From contig NC_068999.1 of assembly GCF_001194135.2 (NCBI RefSeq), positions 49,397,514 to 49,432,557 on the forward strand: a stretch of 35,044 nt of DNA. The letters are read 5' to 3'. The stretch is from Octopus bimaculoides. Its lineage: Eukaryota. Shown in pieces: positions 34,615 to 35,044 of the stretch. Positions within the stretch are counted from its first letter, which is position 1. Each line of letters starts with the position of its first letter. Below the pieces are notes generated by a model. It made no database searches. It was not told the DNA's origin and saw only the letters and a program-made list of their open reading frames with translations. A program made the translations under genes and the position numbers.

Positions 34615-34829
34615 GTGTCTGCTTCATTTTCTTTCAAATTAGGATAAATTTTTTTCGTTAAGGCGAACGTCATTCCTTTCGTTAATTAATACAATAATCC
34701 CTTGACTATCGCGTGTGCTACGTTCCAAAACCACCCACAGAAATAATTAAGATCTAAAATAAAATATAAATATCTATCGGCTGCAGAAACCCGCGATATG
34801 CTGAGGAGCTCGCGATATAAATTTCTTTC

Positions 34830-34943
34830 TTTCTTTCATTCTTTCTCATCTTTCTTTCTTTCTCATCTTTCATTAATTCATTCATTCATTCATTCTTTCA
34901 TTCATTCATATATTCATCCATTCATTCGATTTTTTCTTTCGCA

Positions 34944-34988
<45 letters not shown>

Positions 34989-35044
34989 AGTCTGTCTGTC
35001 TTTCTGTCTCATTCCCTCTCTGTCTCTGTCTGTCTCGCTCCTCC
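34830..35044. repeat. (TTTC)/(TTCA)/(CT)n low-complexity tract
   Basis: Read directly. Confidence 0.9.

Noticed and set aside
1828-35044. Long ORFs of poly-I/M/D/H/Y/T or X residues in the ORF track
   Set aside because: They are translations of microsatellites or read-through of N gaps, with no domain-like content.

Overview
This is an AT-rich, microsatellite-saturated eukaryotic window with 14 assembly gaps (N runs) and no supportable host protein-coding exon. The SINE families and SSR load look like an octopus genome; that is my recognition, not a database result. Almost every listed ORF is a low-complexity or N-gap artefact. Supportable content: two intact tRNA-Thr(CGT) genes; many copies of three tRNA-derived SINE families; fragments of mariner transposons and of RTE, CR1/L2 and R4/Dong-type LINEs; one TA-flanked MITE; and two long palindromes. 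The most interesting signal is RNA-structural. Two minimal type I hammerhead ribozyme motifs have complete catalytic cores (6420-6465 minus; 10572-10616 plus), of the kind carried by Penelope-like elements and retrozymes. One sits directly behind a near-perfect 69-bp palindrome. Three decayed hammerhead-like motifs occur at 5912, 10808 and 15774. All structures were folded by eye and need computational and in vitro confirmation.
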